DNA of 64,000 bases from Burkholderiales bacterium (GTDB lineage Bacteria; Pseudomonadota; Gammaproteobacteria; Burkholderiales; SG8-39). Of this stretch, positions 48,863-58,199 are shown one piece after another. Within the stretch, counting starts at the first letter, position 1, and every line of letters begins with the position of its first letter. The stretch is from NCBI GenBank assembly GCA_050248795.1, contig JBFWRS010000001.1, positions 11,587-75,586 of the forward strand. Direction: 5' to 3'. Position numbers and translations under genes: made by a program. The notes beneath the pieces are model-generated. The model saw only the letters and a program-made list of their open reading frames with translations, had not been told where the DNA came from and made no database searches.

Positions 48863-49975
48863 GCCACCTTCTTGCGCAGCCGCAGGCTGGCGATGCCGAC
48901 AAGGATCGCTGCATAAAGCGCCAGCAGCGCGAGGTTGCCGGCGAGGTACTCGATGCCTGCACCCTTGAGAAAGATGTCCCGGCTCACGTCGTTGAAGTAG
49001 CGCGCGGAAGAAGTACGTGTAAAGCTGCAGCACGTAGGGCATGGTGAGGATGGGGAACAGGAAGCCCGAGAATAGGAACGAAGGCATGAGCGTGGCGATG
49101 AAGGAAAGGAACACCGCCGCCACCTGGGTGCGGACCATGGTCGAGATGAACACGCCCAGCCCCACCGTGACGAACACGTAGAGCGCGGAGGCACCCAGGA
49201 GCAGCCCGAGGCTGCCCCTGAATGGAATGTCGAACCACAACGTGCCCGCGGCGAGAATGAGCAGCATCTCGACGAAAGCGATCGCGGCGTAAGGGACGAT
49301 CTTGCCGATGATGAAGAGCGGCGGCGTGAGCGGCGAGACGTAGATCTGCTCGATGGTGCCGCGCTCCTTCTCGCGCACGATCGAGAGCGCCGTGAGCATC
49401 GGCGGAAACGCCATCAGCAGCACCGCGAACAGGCCGGGCACGATGTAATTCACGCTTCTCATCGGCGCGTTGTACCAGACGCGCGCGGACAGCCGGAGCG
49501 TTGCCGGCATCGCGAGCCCCGCCTGGCTGGCGCGGCTTTCGGCAAGACGCATCGCATGGCGGTCGACGACGGCGGCGGCGTAGTTCGCGACGATGAGGGC
49601 GGTGGCGGAGAACGACCCGTCGACGATGGCCTGCACCGCCACGGTGTCGCCGGCGGCGACGCGGCGCGAGAAGCCGGGCGGGATCGCCAGTACCACGGTT
49701 GCCTCGCCGCGATCGAGCGCTCGATCGACCTCGAGCGGCGAGGCGAGGTCGGCGCGCAGGCTGAAGTAGCCGCTCGCGGTGAACGCCTCGACGAGGCGCG
49801 CGCTCTCCTGGCTGCGGTCCTGGTCGTAGACCGCGAGCGGCGTGTCCTCCACGTCGAGCGAGATGCCGTAGCCGAAGATGAACAGCATCACGAGCGGCAG
49901 GAACACTGCGACAGCGAGCGTGATCGGGTCGCGCACAAGCTCGGTAAATTCCTTGCGCAGGAGCGCGGCGAGCAT
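48859..49975 (-). pseudogene. ABC-2 type exporter permease (first permease) with disrupted frame near 49006
   Basis: MLAALLRKEFTELVRDPI...REKERGTIEQI...YVLQLYTYFF, then the frame changes to ARYFNDVSRDIFLKGAG...RLRKKVA. The span is 1117 nt, not a multiple of 3. Confidence 0.75.
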
Positions 49976-51450
49976 CACGACGCCTCCAGCAGGCGGAAGA
50001 ACACTTCCTCGAGCGGCACGCCGCCGTGCGCGGAGCGCAGCCGCTGGGGCGTATCGAGCGCGAGGAGGCGTCCGCGGTCGATAAAGGCGACCCGGTCGCA
50101 GCCTTCGGCCTCGCGCAGGTAGTGCGTGGTAACGAGGACCGCCGTGCCGCTTCGCGCGATGGCGGCGACCAGCGTCCAGAAGGCGCGGCGAGATGCGGGG
50201 TCGACCCCGGCCGTGGGCTCGTCGAGGAAGAGCACCTGCGGCTGGTGCAGCAGCGCGCAGCCGAGCGCGAGGCGCTGGCGCAGCGCCCCCGAGAGGCTGC
50301 GCGTGAGCATGCCTTCGCTCCCCTGGAGCCCGGCGGCGGCGAGCACCCACCGCGCGCGCTCCTCGATCTCGCCCCTGTCCAGGCCGTATGCCCCACCGAA
50401 GAAGGCGATGTTCTCGCGCACGGTGAGATCGAGGTAGAGCGAGAACTTCTGCGACATGTAACCGATGCGCCCCCGCACCGCTTCGGCCTGCCGGACGACG
50501 TCGATGCCGGCGACGCGCACCTCGCCCGCGCTCGGCTCGAGGATCCCGCACAGCATGCGGATCGTCGTGCTCTTGCCCGAGCCGTTGGGTCCGAGCAGCC
50601 CGAACACTTCGCCGCGGCGTACTTCGAAGGAAATGCCGTCGACCGCCTTGAAGCTGCCGAAGGATCGCGCGAGGCCGCGCACCGCGATCGCGTCGCCGGT
50701 GACGGTCCGTGAGGGGAAAGACACGACGGCCGCCGGCGCTCGGGCAGGCAGCATGGCGGCGAGCGCCGCCTCGAGATCGGCGCCGAACGCCGCCGGGCGA
50801 TCGCAGGCGATCATCCGCCCGGCGTCGAAGAATGCCACCCGGTCGCAGCGCTCGGCCTCGTCGATGTAGGAGGTGGCAATCACCACGGTCTTCTCCGCGG
50901 TGCGGGACTCCTCGAGGATGCGCCACAGCTCGCGGCGCGAGCGCGGATCGACGCCCAGCGTCGGCTCGTCGAGCACCAGGATGTCGGGCTCATGGATCAG
51001 GCTGCAGCACAGCGCGAGCTTCTTCTGCATCCCGCCCGAGAGATCGCGGGCGAGCCGCCGCAGGAACGCCGACAGGCCGGCAAAGCGCATCAGACGCGCG
51101 ATGCGTGCCTGCGCCGCGGGTCCGGGCACCCGGTGCAGGGCGGCAAAAAAGCGCAGGTTCTCCTCCACCGTGAGGTCCCCATAGAGCGAGTAGGCCTGCG
51201 ACATGTAGCCGAGCTGCGCGGTGATGCGAGCGGCGTCCTTCACGCTGTCGAGTCCCGCCACGCTCACCCGGCCTTCGGTCGGATCGAGGATCGCGCACAG
51301 CGACTGCATGAGGGTGGTCTTCCCCGAGCCGTCGGCGCCAACTACGGCGAACATCTCGCCGCGGCGCACCTTCAGTGTCACTCCACGCAGCGCCCAGCGC
51401 TCGCCGAAGCGCCGAGAGAGGCCGTTCACGACGATGACATCGTTGCTCAC
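49975..51450 (-). CDS. ABC transporter ATP-binding protein with two fused ATPase domains (YbhF-like)
   Basis: GTG start at 51450 (GTGA overlap with the HlyD stop). Walker A GADGSGKTT and GPNGSGKST; signatures LSGGMQKKL and LSGALRQRL. Confidence 0.9.
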   Translation of the reverse strand: MSNDVIVVNGLSRRFGERWALRGVTLKVRRGEMFAVVGADGSGKTTLMQSLCAILDPTEGRVSVAGLDSVKDAARITAQLGYMSQAYSLYGDLTVEENLRFFAALHRVPGPAAQARIARLMRFAGLSAFLRRLARDLSGGMQKKLALCCSLIHEPDILVLDEPTLGVDPRSRRELWRILEESRTAEKTVVIATSYIDEAERCDRVAFFDAGRMIACDRPAAFGADLEAALAAMLPARAPAAVVSFPSRTVTGDAIAVRGLARSFGSFKAVDGISFEVRRGEVFGLLGPNGSGKSTTIRMLCGILEPSAGEVRVAGIDVVRQAEAVRGRIGYMSQKFSLYLDLTVRENIAFFGGAYGLDRGEIEERARWVLAAAGLQGSEGMLTRSLSGALRQRLALGCALLHQPQVLFLDEPTAGVDPASRRAFWTLVAAIARSGTAVLVTTHYLREAEGCDRVAFIDRGRLLALDTPQRLRSAHGGVPLEEVFFRLLEAS

Positions 51451-52573
51451 CAGGCCGCGTCGTCCTGCCACTTGATGTGTACGTCGGCAGGCATGCCGGG
51501 CTTGAGGTAGCCCTCGGGATTGTCGATGCGCACCTTGACGCCGAAGACGAGCTTCTCGCGCTCGTCCTGCATGTGCACTTCCTTCGGCGTAAATTCGGCC
51601 TGCTGCGCCACTTCGACCACCCGGCCGGCAAAGAAGCGTCCCGGGAATGCGTCCACATGGATGCGCACCGGGTTGCCCAGGCGCAGCTTTCCGAGGTCCT
51701 TCTGCGCCACATAGACCCTCACGAACAGCTCCTCGAGATCGATGAGGGTGGCGATGGGTCTTCCCGGCGCCGCAAGCTCGCCGGGCTCGGCGAGGCGGCT
51801 GACCAGCGTGCCCTCGGAGGGGGCAACCAGGCGCGCATCGCGCAACGCCACCTCGACCTCGTCGGCCCGCGCGCGCGCGGCGTTGAGCTGGGCGGCGAGC
51901 GCGGCCCGCTCCGCCTGCAGCCTGCGCTCGTCCTTTTCCCGTACCGCGACTTCGCCGCTCGCCGCACCCGCCCGCTGCGCCGCCGCCCGCGCCTCCTCGC
52001 GCGCGCGCAGCGCGGCCTCGAGCCGCGCCGCCGATGTGCGGTTGCGCGCACGCACCTCGTCCATGTAGCTCTCGCTGACGAATCCTTCGCGACCGAGCTT
52101 CTCGAAGCGCTCGAGCGCCGCGCGATCCTGGCGCTGCTGCGCCTGCGCGACGAGCACTTCGGCCTCGGCTCGCTTGAGCGCCTCCTCGGCCTGGTGCACG
52201 CCGTGGGCGAGCGTGCCGCGCGTCACCTCCGTCCCAGGCGCGCCTGCTCGATCGCGGTGTCGATTCGGGCGATCTGCGCCTCGGCCGCCTCGGCGAGGGC
52301 TTTGGCCTGCGCCAGGCGCGCCTCGATGTCGGCCGCGCCGATCTGGGCGACGAGGTCACCCTTCGCCACTTGGGCGCCCTCGCGCACCGCGACGACTTCC
52401 ACGATGCCGCCGTTCTTCGCGCTTACCGTGACTTCAGTACCGCGCACCTGGCCGTTGGCCTGGAGGATGCCCGACGGCGGCCTCGGCCAGAGCCAGGCGA
52501 TGGCGGTCCCCACGAGCGCCGCCACGGCCAGCGCAAGCGCTGCGGCGGCAAGATATCGGCGCTCAATGCGCAT
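51447..52573 (-). pseudogene. HlyD-family membrane fusion protein split into two ORFs at 52223-52226
   Basis: The N-terminal ORF (TM, lipoyl half, coiled coil) ends ...AIEQARLGRR-TGA. The second ORF starts at an overlapping GTG (VTRGTLAHGVHQAEEAL...) and carries the rest of the hairpin plus the beta-barrel. Total span is 1127 nt, not a multiple of 3. Confidence 0.7.
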
Positions 52574-52916
52574 CCGCGCCCTCGGCGGCCTTGACCTTGA
52601 GCTTCAAGCCCGTAATCCCCACGACGAGCGCCTCCTCCCCGAGGGCCAGCCGCTTTCCGAGCATCTCGGCCGACCAGAGCTCGCCGTGAACGAGCAGTCT
52701 TGCGCTCCCGCCGTCGAGCTCGACCACCCGTCCGTGCTCGCCGATCATGCCCTCCGCTCCGGTCATGGCCGGCCTTCGCGCCGTCCTGACAGCGAGCACA
52801 TAGATCCAAAGGACGAGCGCCACGGCAAGCCCGTAGATCGGCAGGGCCACCGAGAGCGGCAGGAGCCACAACACGGGCAAGGCGATGACCGGCAAGAATA
52901 GCAGGACGTGGCACAT
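52563..52916 (-). CDS. NfeD-like membrane protein (TM + C-terminal OB domain)
   Basis: Starts at ATG 52916: MCHVLLFLPVIALPVLWLLPLSVALPIYGLAVALVLW... then EGMIGEHGRVVEL...LLVHGELWSAE. Confidence 0.6.
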   Translation of the reverse strand: MCHVLLFLPVIALPVLWLLPLSVALPIYGLAVALVLWIYVLAVRTARRPAMTGAEGMIGEHGRVVELDGGSARLLVHGELWSAEMLGKRLALGEEALVVGITGLKLKVKAAEGADAH

Positions 52917-52972
52917 GGCCGGTCGATCGTGCCGGGCGGCTCTAGCTCGAGTTAGGAAACATGGCCTTGAAG

Positions 52973-53227
52973 CTAGTGGCCGATGCGCCGGTTTTCGTTC
53001 TGGCTGTTGCTGTGGCGCGTTCTGAGCTGGTTCTCCCAGCTCTCGTGGTCGCCCTTTTCCCAGCCGCTCGAGCCGTACGCCGATGGGGCGTTTTCCCACG
53101 GCTGGGTGTCGGGCTTGCCGCGGTACTTGCCGTCCTTGTACAGCGCCGTCTGCTCGCGCTCGCCGCAGCCCGCAACGCCGACTGCGAGTAGCGCCGCCGC
53201 AATGGCCAAGCTAGATAAGCGTTTCAT
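52973..53227 (-). CDS. small lipoprotein
   Basis: Starts at ATG 53227. Lipobox AVGVAGCG. 84 aa with Trp/Glu-rich repeats (PWENAP, GWEKGDHESWEN). Confidence 0.5.
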   Translation of the reverse strand: MKRLSSLAIAAALLAVGVAGCGEREQTALYKDGKYRGKPDTQPWENAPSAYGSSGWEKGDHESWENQLRTRHSNSQNENRRIGH

Positions 53228-53616
53228 TCGAGCCTCCATCGGAAGGTGCGCGGTTTCGCCTCGCCCGGGCGGCTGATGCGCAGCTCGAGGGCCTGCGGCC
53301 GCGGCTCGATGGCATTGAACCTGAGCACGCCGCTGCGGTGGTGGCCTCCCGGCGCGGCGCCGTCCCAGGCGAGCGCCTTGAACTCGTTGCCGCGATCGTC
53401 CACCAGCACCGCGCTGCCCGCCAGGTCGTCCGAGAGATCCTGGCTGTGCGTGTCGAGCACGATGGAAAAGTCCCATGTCTTCGCGCCCGCAACGAGCTTG
53501 GCGGGCGTGACGGCAACCGTCACGCCGCCGGCGGAGTTCTTCTGCGCGGCGAGCTGCGCGGCGGCGTTGAACGCAAGCAGCGTTGCCGCTACGAGCCAGA
53601 GAAGTCGATAAGTCAT
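53224..53616 (-). CDS. secreted hypothetical protein (beta-rich)
   Basis: Starts at ATG 53616. Signal MTYRLLWLVAATLLAFNAAAQ. 130 aa. ATGA overlap with the downstream lipoprotein gene. Confidence 0.5.
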   Translation of the reverse strand: MTYRLLWLVAATLLAFNAAAQLAAQKNSAGGVTVAVTPAKLVAGAKTWDFSIVLDTHSQDLSDDLAGSAVLVDDRGNEFKALAWDGAAPGGHHRSGVLRFNAIEPRPQALELRISRPGEAKPRTFRWRLE

Positions 53617-53767
53617 TGCAGTCCTTTCTTCGATCGGTTCAGTCAATCCCGGGGCGATCTGTCGGTCGGCTCGCCTATCCCCTTCCGCCGCGTGAAGACG
53701 GCTACCAAAATTGCGGCGCAGATCACGAGAACCAGCAAACCCCAGTTGCTCGCAAGCCAGTCCATCC

Positions 53768-55615
53768 TCATGCCGCCTTTGGCAGGCCGGATGGCTGCGC
53801 CGCGTTCGCAAGCTGCGCGACGATGCTTGCGACGTCCGGCTCGGTCAGCGTCTCGCGCTCGAGGAGTCGTGCCGCCGCGCTTTCCAGCGTTTCCCGATGG
53901 TGCGTGAGAAGCTCCAGCGCACGCTTGAAGGCGGAGGCGACGATCTCGGTCACGGCCTTGTCGATGGCTTGCGCGGTGTGCTCGCTGTAGCTGCGCGGGG
54001 CGGTGTAGCCGGGCACCTGCAGCAGCGGCGAGGCTTCCTGCTCGAGCGAGAGGTTGGCGAGGGACGGGTGCATGCCGTAGCGCGTCACGATGGAGCGCGC
54101 GATGTCCGAGACCTTGGCGAGATCGTCTGCGGCGCCGGTCGAGACCCGGCCGAATACGAGCTGCTCCGCGGCGCGGCCGCCGAGCAGCACCGCCATCTTG
54201 TTCTCCAGCTCCTCGCGGGTCATGAGGAAGCGGTCCTCGGTCGGGCGCTGGATGGTGTAGCCGAGCGCGCCGATGCCGCGCGGGATGATGGAGACCTTGT
54301 GCACCGGATCGCTGCCCGGCAGGGTCATCGCCACCAGCGCGTGGCCCATCTCGTGATAGGCGACCGTGCGGCGCTCCATGGGGTTCAGGATGCGGCTCTT
54401 CTTCTCAAGTCCGGCGACGATGCGCTCCACCGCCATGGTGAAGTCGTCGAGCGTGACCGCATCGCTGCCCCGGCGCGTGGCGACGAGCGCCGCCTCGTTC
54501 ACCAGGTTGGCGAGATCGGCGCCCGAGAACCCGGGTGTCAGCGCTGCAATGCTGGCGAGCTCCACGCCGGGCGCAAGCCGGATCTTCTTGATGTGCACCT
54601 CCAGGATCTGCACGCGTCCGGACTTGTCCGGCCGGTCGACCAGCACCTGGCGGTCGAAGCGCCCGGCGCGCAGCAGGGCTGGATCGAGCACTTCGGGCCG
54701 GTTCGTGGCCGCCAGAAGCACCAGCCCGGTGGAGGGATCGAAGCCGTCCAGCTCGGCGAGGAGCTGGTTGAGCGTCTGCTCCTTCTCGTCGTGCCCGCCC
54801 GTGATACCGAAGCTGCCGCGTGCGCGTCCGAGCGCATCGAGCTCGTCGATGAAGATGATGGCAGGGGCCTTCTGCCGTGCCTGCTCGAAGAGGTCGCGCA
54901 CTCTCGCCGCGCCGACGCCGACGAACATCTCGACGAATTCAGAGCCCGAAATCGAGAAGAAGGGGACGCCCGCCTCGCCCGCCACCGCCCTCGCGAGCAG
55001 CGTCTTGCCGGTGCCCGGTGGGCCGACAAGGAGCACGCCCTTTGGCAGCCGGCCGCCGAGCCGCCCGTAGCGCCCGGGATCCTTCAGGAATCCCACCACC
55101 TCGCGCAGCTCGTCCTTCGCCTCGTCGACGCCTGCCACGTCGGCGAAGGTGACCTTGGTGTCGGTCTCGACGTAGACCTTCGCCTTGCTCTTGCCGATCG
55201 ACATCATCCCGCCCAGCCCGCCGTGCTGGCCCATCACGCGCTTGGCGAGGAACATCCAGATGCCGAAAAAGATCAGCGCCGGCAGCACCCAGCCGAGAAC
55301 GTCCCGCAGGAACGTGTTCTCCACGACACCGGTGAACTTGATGTCGTACTGCGAGAGGTCCTTGGCCAGCTCGGGGTCGACGCGTGTCGTGACGATGCGG
55401 GTGCGCCCGTCGGTGGTGGGTTTCTTGAGCTTGCCTTGGATGAGATTGTTCGAAATGGCGATCTCCTCCAGCTCGCCGTTCTTCAGGTGGTGCTGGAATT
55501 CGCTGTAGGGAATCGTCTGCACCTGGTTCATGTTGACCCAGGCGTCGCGCAGCAGGACCACCGCGGTCAGGGCGATCACCAGGTACCAGAGGTTGAACTT
55601 GGTCTGCTTTTCCAT
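53768..55615 (-). CDS. ftsH: ATP-dependent zinc metalloprotease FtsH (island-borne paralog)
   Basis: Two N-terminal TM segments, AAA+ Walker [21 protein letters not shown], and the zinc site [11 protein letters not shown] at 55615. Confidence 0.9.
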   Translation of the reverse strand: MEKQTKFNLWYLVIALTAVVLLRDAWVNMNQVQTIPYSEFQHHLKNGELEEIAISNNLIQGKLKKPTTDGRTRIVTTRVDPELAKDLSQYDIKFTGVVENTFLRDVLGWVLPALIFFGIWMFLAKRVMGQHGGLGGMMSIGKSKAKVYVETDTKVTFADVAGVDEAKDELREVVGFLKDPGRYGRLGGRLPKGVLLVGPPGTGKTLLARAVAGEAGVPFFSISGSEFVEMFVGVGAARVRDLFEQARQKAPAIIFIDELDALGRARGSFGITGGHDEKEQTLNQLLAELDGFDPSTGLVLLAATNRPEVLDPALLRAGRFDRQVLVDRPDKSGRVQILEVHIKKIRLAPGVELASIAALTPGFSGADLANLVNEAALVATRRGSDAVTLDDFTMAVERIVAGLEKKSRILNPMERRTVAYHEMGHALVAMTLPGSDPVHKVSIIPRGIGALGYTIQRPTEDRFLMTREELENKMAVLLGGRAAEQLVFGRVSTGAADDLAKVSDIARSIVTRYGMHPSLANLSLEQEASPLLQVPGYTAPRSYSEHTAQAIDKAVTEIVASAFKRALELLTHHRETLESAAARLLERETLTEPDVASIVAQLANAAQPSGLPKAA

Positions 55616-55743
55616 CTTCGCAGCGTGACACCGGCGGGCAAGGCAGGGTTGATCAAGGTCAAATTCGGGCGCCATAGCCGCCGGCGCGGCGCCCGAAACG
55701 CCGGAAAGGGGGTTACGGCACCACGCTCATGGCTGCGCTCTCG

Positions 55744-55995
55744 CTAGGAGCAGCAGCAACCGCTCTTCTTTGTCGTCGTGCCGGCGGCGGCTCCGGCCTC
55801 CGCGACGGCCGCGGGATAGCCGGCGTCGTCCAGGGCCCGGATCAGCGCCTGCGCCGGCGCGCCGCTTTCGACACGCACGCGCTTATTCTGGAGGTCGACA
55901 TCGACGTTGGCAGCGGCGTCGACAGATTTCACCGCGCGCGTCACGGCGCCGACGCAATGGCCGCACGTCATGTCCTTCACATTCAGCTCGATCAT
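55744..55995 (-). CDS. heavy-metal-associated (HMA) domain metallochaperone with Cys-rich tail
   Basis: MIELNVKDMTCGHCVGAV, with a C-terminus ending ...KKSGCCCS. ATG at 55995. Confidence 0.8.
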   Translation of the reverse strand: MIELNVKDMTCGHCVGAVTRAVKSVDAAANVDVDLQNKRVRVESGAPAQALIRALDDAGYPAAVAEAGAAAGTTTKKSGCCCS

Positions 55996-56121
55996 GGAAA
56001 TCTCCTTTTGAAGTGCATTCCACACAAGGAGGACTCTGCAGCCTCCCATAGTGGGAGGGTCAAGCGCTTGACACAGATCAAAAGGAGCCCGCCCGGCGCC
56101 GGGCGTCGGCGGGAAACGGCT

Positions 56122-56523
56122 TCAGCGCCAGGCTTGCTCGGCGCCGCCGCTCGTACGCGCTGTTCCGAGCGCTCGCCCGGCACCGGACGTCATGGAAGCC
56201 ATGCGGCGGCATGCCTCGGCGCACCGCCGGCACGCCTCGGCGCATTCGCGGCAGTGCTGCATCTTGCCGTGCTTGTCGCATTCGTCGGCGCACGCGTCGC
56301 ATACTTTGGCGCAGGTCTCGCAGACGGCCGCCGCAAGCTCGCTTCCGCGCCCCATGTAGCCGGCTGCAAGGCGACACATTTCGGCGCAGTCGATATCCAG
56401 CTGGATGCAGCGGGCCAGCATCTTGACGTCGCTTTCCCGAAGACAGGCGGCCGCGCAGTGGTCGCAGGCGGTGGCACAGGCATAGCAGGCATCGATGCAG
56501 GACTTCATCTGGTCATGGGGCAT
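56122..56523 (-). CDS. four-helix-bundle Cys-rich copper-binding protein (Csp/DUF326-like), no signal peptide
   Basis: Repeated CxxxC/CxxC on helices: CIDACYACATACDHCAAAC...CAEMC...CETCAKVCDACADEC...CRECAEACRRCAEAC. Confidence 0.8.
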   Translation of the reverse strand: MPHDQMKSCIDACYACATACDHCAAACLRESDVKMLARCIQLDIDCAEMCRLAAGYMGRGSELAAAVCETCAKVCDACADECDKHGKMQHCRECAEACRRCAEACRRMASMTSGAGRALGTARTSGGAEQAWR

Positions 56524-56804
56524 GGATCACTCCTTCTGGGCGGGCGCAGGGGCAAAGTCATCGCGGCGCCGCAGGCTCAGCCCGCATACAGGCTCAACGG
56601 CACGCCGTCCGGACCGCACTCGCTCACGGCACACTCTTCCGACTTCCGTGCCAGCAGAACCGGCGAGGATCGCCTGGACGCCAATCGTCGTCGCACCGCG
56701 ACGGCGGCAGCGAGGACGACCAGTCCGAGAGCGAGCAGGGTCCTGGAGCTCATGCCCGGGTGCCGCAAGTCGTGTGCCGTTGGCGGGCGCGCCGGAAGAG
56801 CGGG

Positions 56805-57203
56805 TCAAGCCTCATCGGCTCCCGAGGAGAGACTTTCGATGATCGGGCACCCGCGCCCTTGCCTTCCCGTCCGGCATGCGCGGATCAGCTTGGCGAGCGC
56901 GGCCTGAATCCGGCGCAGGTCAGAGATCTTGCTGTCCACGAGCCGCTTCTTCTGCTCGGCGAAGGTCCGTGTTTCCATGCAGTGCTCGCCCACCGACAGA
57001 TCGAGCAACAGTCTCACCTCGTCGAGCGCAAAGCCGAGCCCCTGGGCGCGCTTGATGAAGCGCAGCCGGTCCGCCGCCTCCGGGCCGTAGCGGCGCACCG
57101 AGCCGTGCGCGCGGGCGGGCCTGGGCATCAAGCCGAGGCGCTGGTAATAGCGGATGGTTTCCACATGCACGCCCGTCTGCTCGGCGAGCGCGCCTATCTT
57201 CAT
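56805..57203 (-). CDS. merR: MerR, Hg(II)-responsive transcriptional regulator
   Basis: MKIGALAEQTGVHVETIRYYQRLGL...GSVRRYG. Metal-ligand cysteines at ...GEHC... and ...CRTGRQGRGCPII. Divergent from merT. Confidence 0.85.
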   Translation of the reverse strand: MKIGALAEQTGVHVETIRYYQRLGLMPRPARAHGSVRRYGPEAADRLRFIKRAQGLGFALDEVRLLLDLSVGEHCMETRTFAEQKKRLVDSKISDLRRIQAALAKLIRACRTGRQGRGCPIIESLSSGADEA

Positions 57204-57239
57204 GTCCTGCGCTTTCTGCTGCGGCATGGGAAAGAGGCC

Positions 57240-57270
57240 TTGATTCCGTAGCTGACTACGGGAATAAGCT
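57240..57270 (+). promoter_or_regulatory. mer operator/promoter: -35 TTGATT, 19-bp spacer with dyad CCGTAG-N4-CTACGG, -10 TAAGCT
   Basis: TTGATTCCGTAGCTGACTACGGGAATAAGCT closely parallels the Tn501/Tn21 PmerT architecture (TTGACT-ccgtac...gtacgg-TAAGGT with a 19-bp spacer). Confidence 0.8.
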
Positions 57271-57276
57271 TACCGC

Positions 57277-57678
57277 GTGGAGAAGTCGTTCCGGCAAACC
57301 GCGTCTTTCGCAGCTGAGGAAGCGAGTACCGCTACGGCCAAGAGCGAGTCCGTGGCGCTTACGGCAGGTGGGCTCGCCGCCCTGCTCTCCGGCGCCTGCT
57401 GCGTTGCCCCGTTCCTTCTGGTCAGCGCAGGTCTCGGTGGCGCCTGGCTCGCGAACCTGCAGTTGCTCGAGCCTTATCAGCCCCTGTTCACCGGCATTGC
57501 GCTCGCCGCGCTCGGGTTCGCCGGCTGGCGCATCTACCGCCCCGCCACCGATTGCGGCCCTGGCGAGGCATGCGCCGTGCCGCGACTTCGGCGCAGCTTG
57601 CGCGTCGCGTTCTGGGCTGTCGCGGCACTCCTTGTCGCGATGCTCGGCTTCCCTTATCTCGCGCCGCTGCTTTACTGA
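57277..57678 (+). CDS. merT: mercuric ion transporter MerT
   Basis: GGLAALLSGACCVAPFLLVSAGLGGAW...LEPYQPLF...CGPGEAC. The start is uncertain: GTG 57277 abuts the predicted -10, and GTG 57352 is an alternative. Confidence 0.8.
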   Translation: MEKSFRQTASFAAEEASTATAKSESVALTAGGLAALLSGACCVAPFLLVSAGLGGAWLANLQLLEPYQPLFTGIALAALGFAGWRIYRPATDCGPGEACAVPRLRRSLRVAFWAVAALLVAMLGFPYLAPLLY

Positions 57679-57690
57679 GAGAACATCACG

Positions 57691-57969
57691 ATGAAGATGC
57701 TTCGCGCCGCAATCCTGCTCGCCCTGCTTGCCTCGCCGACCGCCTTCGCCGAAACGAAAACCGTCACGCTTTCGGTGCCGGGCATGAACTGCGACCTCTG
57801 CCCGCTCACCATCAAAAAGGCGATCTCCAGGGTTCCGGGAGTCGCCAGTGTGGAGGCAAGCTACGAGAAGAAGCAGGCCGTCGTGACCTTCGACGACAGC
57901 AAGACGTCGGTCGAGGCGCTCATGAGGGCGACGGCGAATGTCGGCTATCCGTCGACCGTGAGACCATGA
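57691..57969 (+). CDS. merP: periplasmic mercury-binding protein MerP
   Basis: Signal peptide and HMA fold with GMNCDLCP (a variant of GMTCxxC). Confidence 0.8.
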   Translation: MKMLRAAILLALLASPTAFAETKTVTLSVPGMNCDLCPLTIKKAISRVPGVASVEASYEKKQAVVTFDDSKTSVEALMRATANVGYPSTVRP

Positions 57970-58178
57970 CGTCACCGGTTCTCGAGTCCATCCTGACGTG
58001 CCCGAAGTGCGGCATCGCGAAGCAGGAGGCGATGCCGACTGACGCCTGCCAGTTCTACTACGAGTGCACGAGCTGCGGCGCACTGCTGCGGCCCAATCCA
58101 GGGGACTGCTGCGTTTTCTGCTCCTTCGGCTCGGTGAAGTGCCCGCCGATCCAGGCGCAGCGCTCCTGCTGCAGCTAG
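57966..58178 (+). CDS. GDCCVxC-domain small Cys-rich protein
   Basis: 70 aa: CPKCG...CQFYYECTSCGALLRPNPGDCCVFCSFGSVKCPP. ATGA overlap with merP. Real 3' part of track ORF 57552..58178. Confidence 0.75.
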   Translation: MTSPVLESILTCPKCGIAKQEAMPTDACQFYYECTSCGALLRPNPGDCCVFCSFGSVKCPPIQAQRSCCS

Positions 58179-58199
58179 CGCTTCGGCCTGGACAGGACA

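Noticed and set aside
47735-50926. 1063-aa track ORF as one giant protein
   Set aside because: It is read-through in GC-rich DNA across three adjacent genes (part of the ATPase in a wrong frame, then permease 1 and permease 2). Internal starts with ATGA overlaps and the domain content show separate cistrons.
53711-55747. 678-aa plus-strand ORF
   Set aside because: It runs antisense to ftsH, which has complete AAA+ and HExxH motifs.
56577-56768. 63-aa ORF between the Csp-like gene and merR as a small membrane protein (MerE/MerF-like)
   Set aside because: It has one hydrophobic segment and a Cys pair (ECAVSEC), but no recognisable family, no clear RBS, and a length at the noise level for this GC content. 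It is not reported as a feature.
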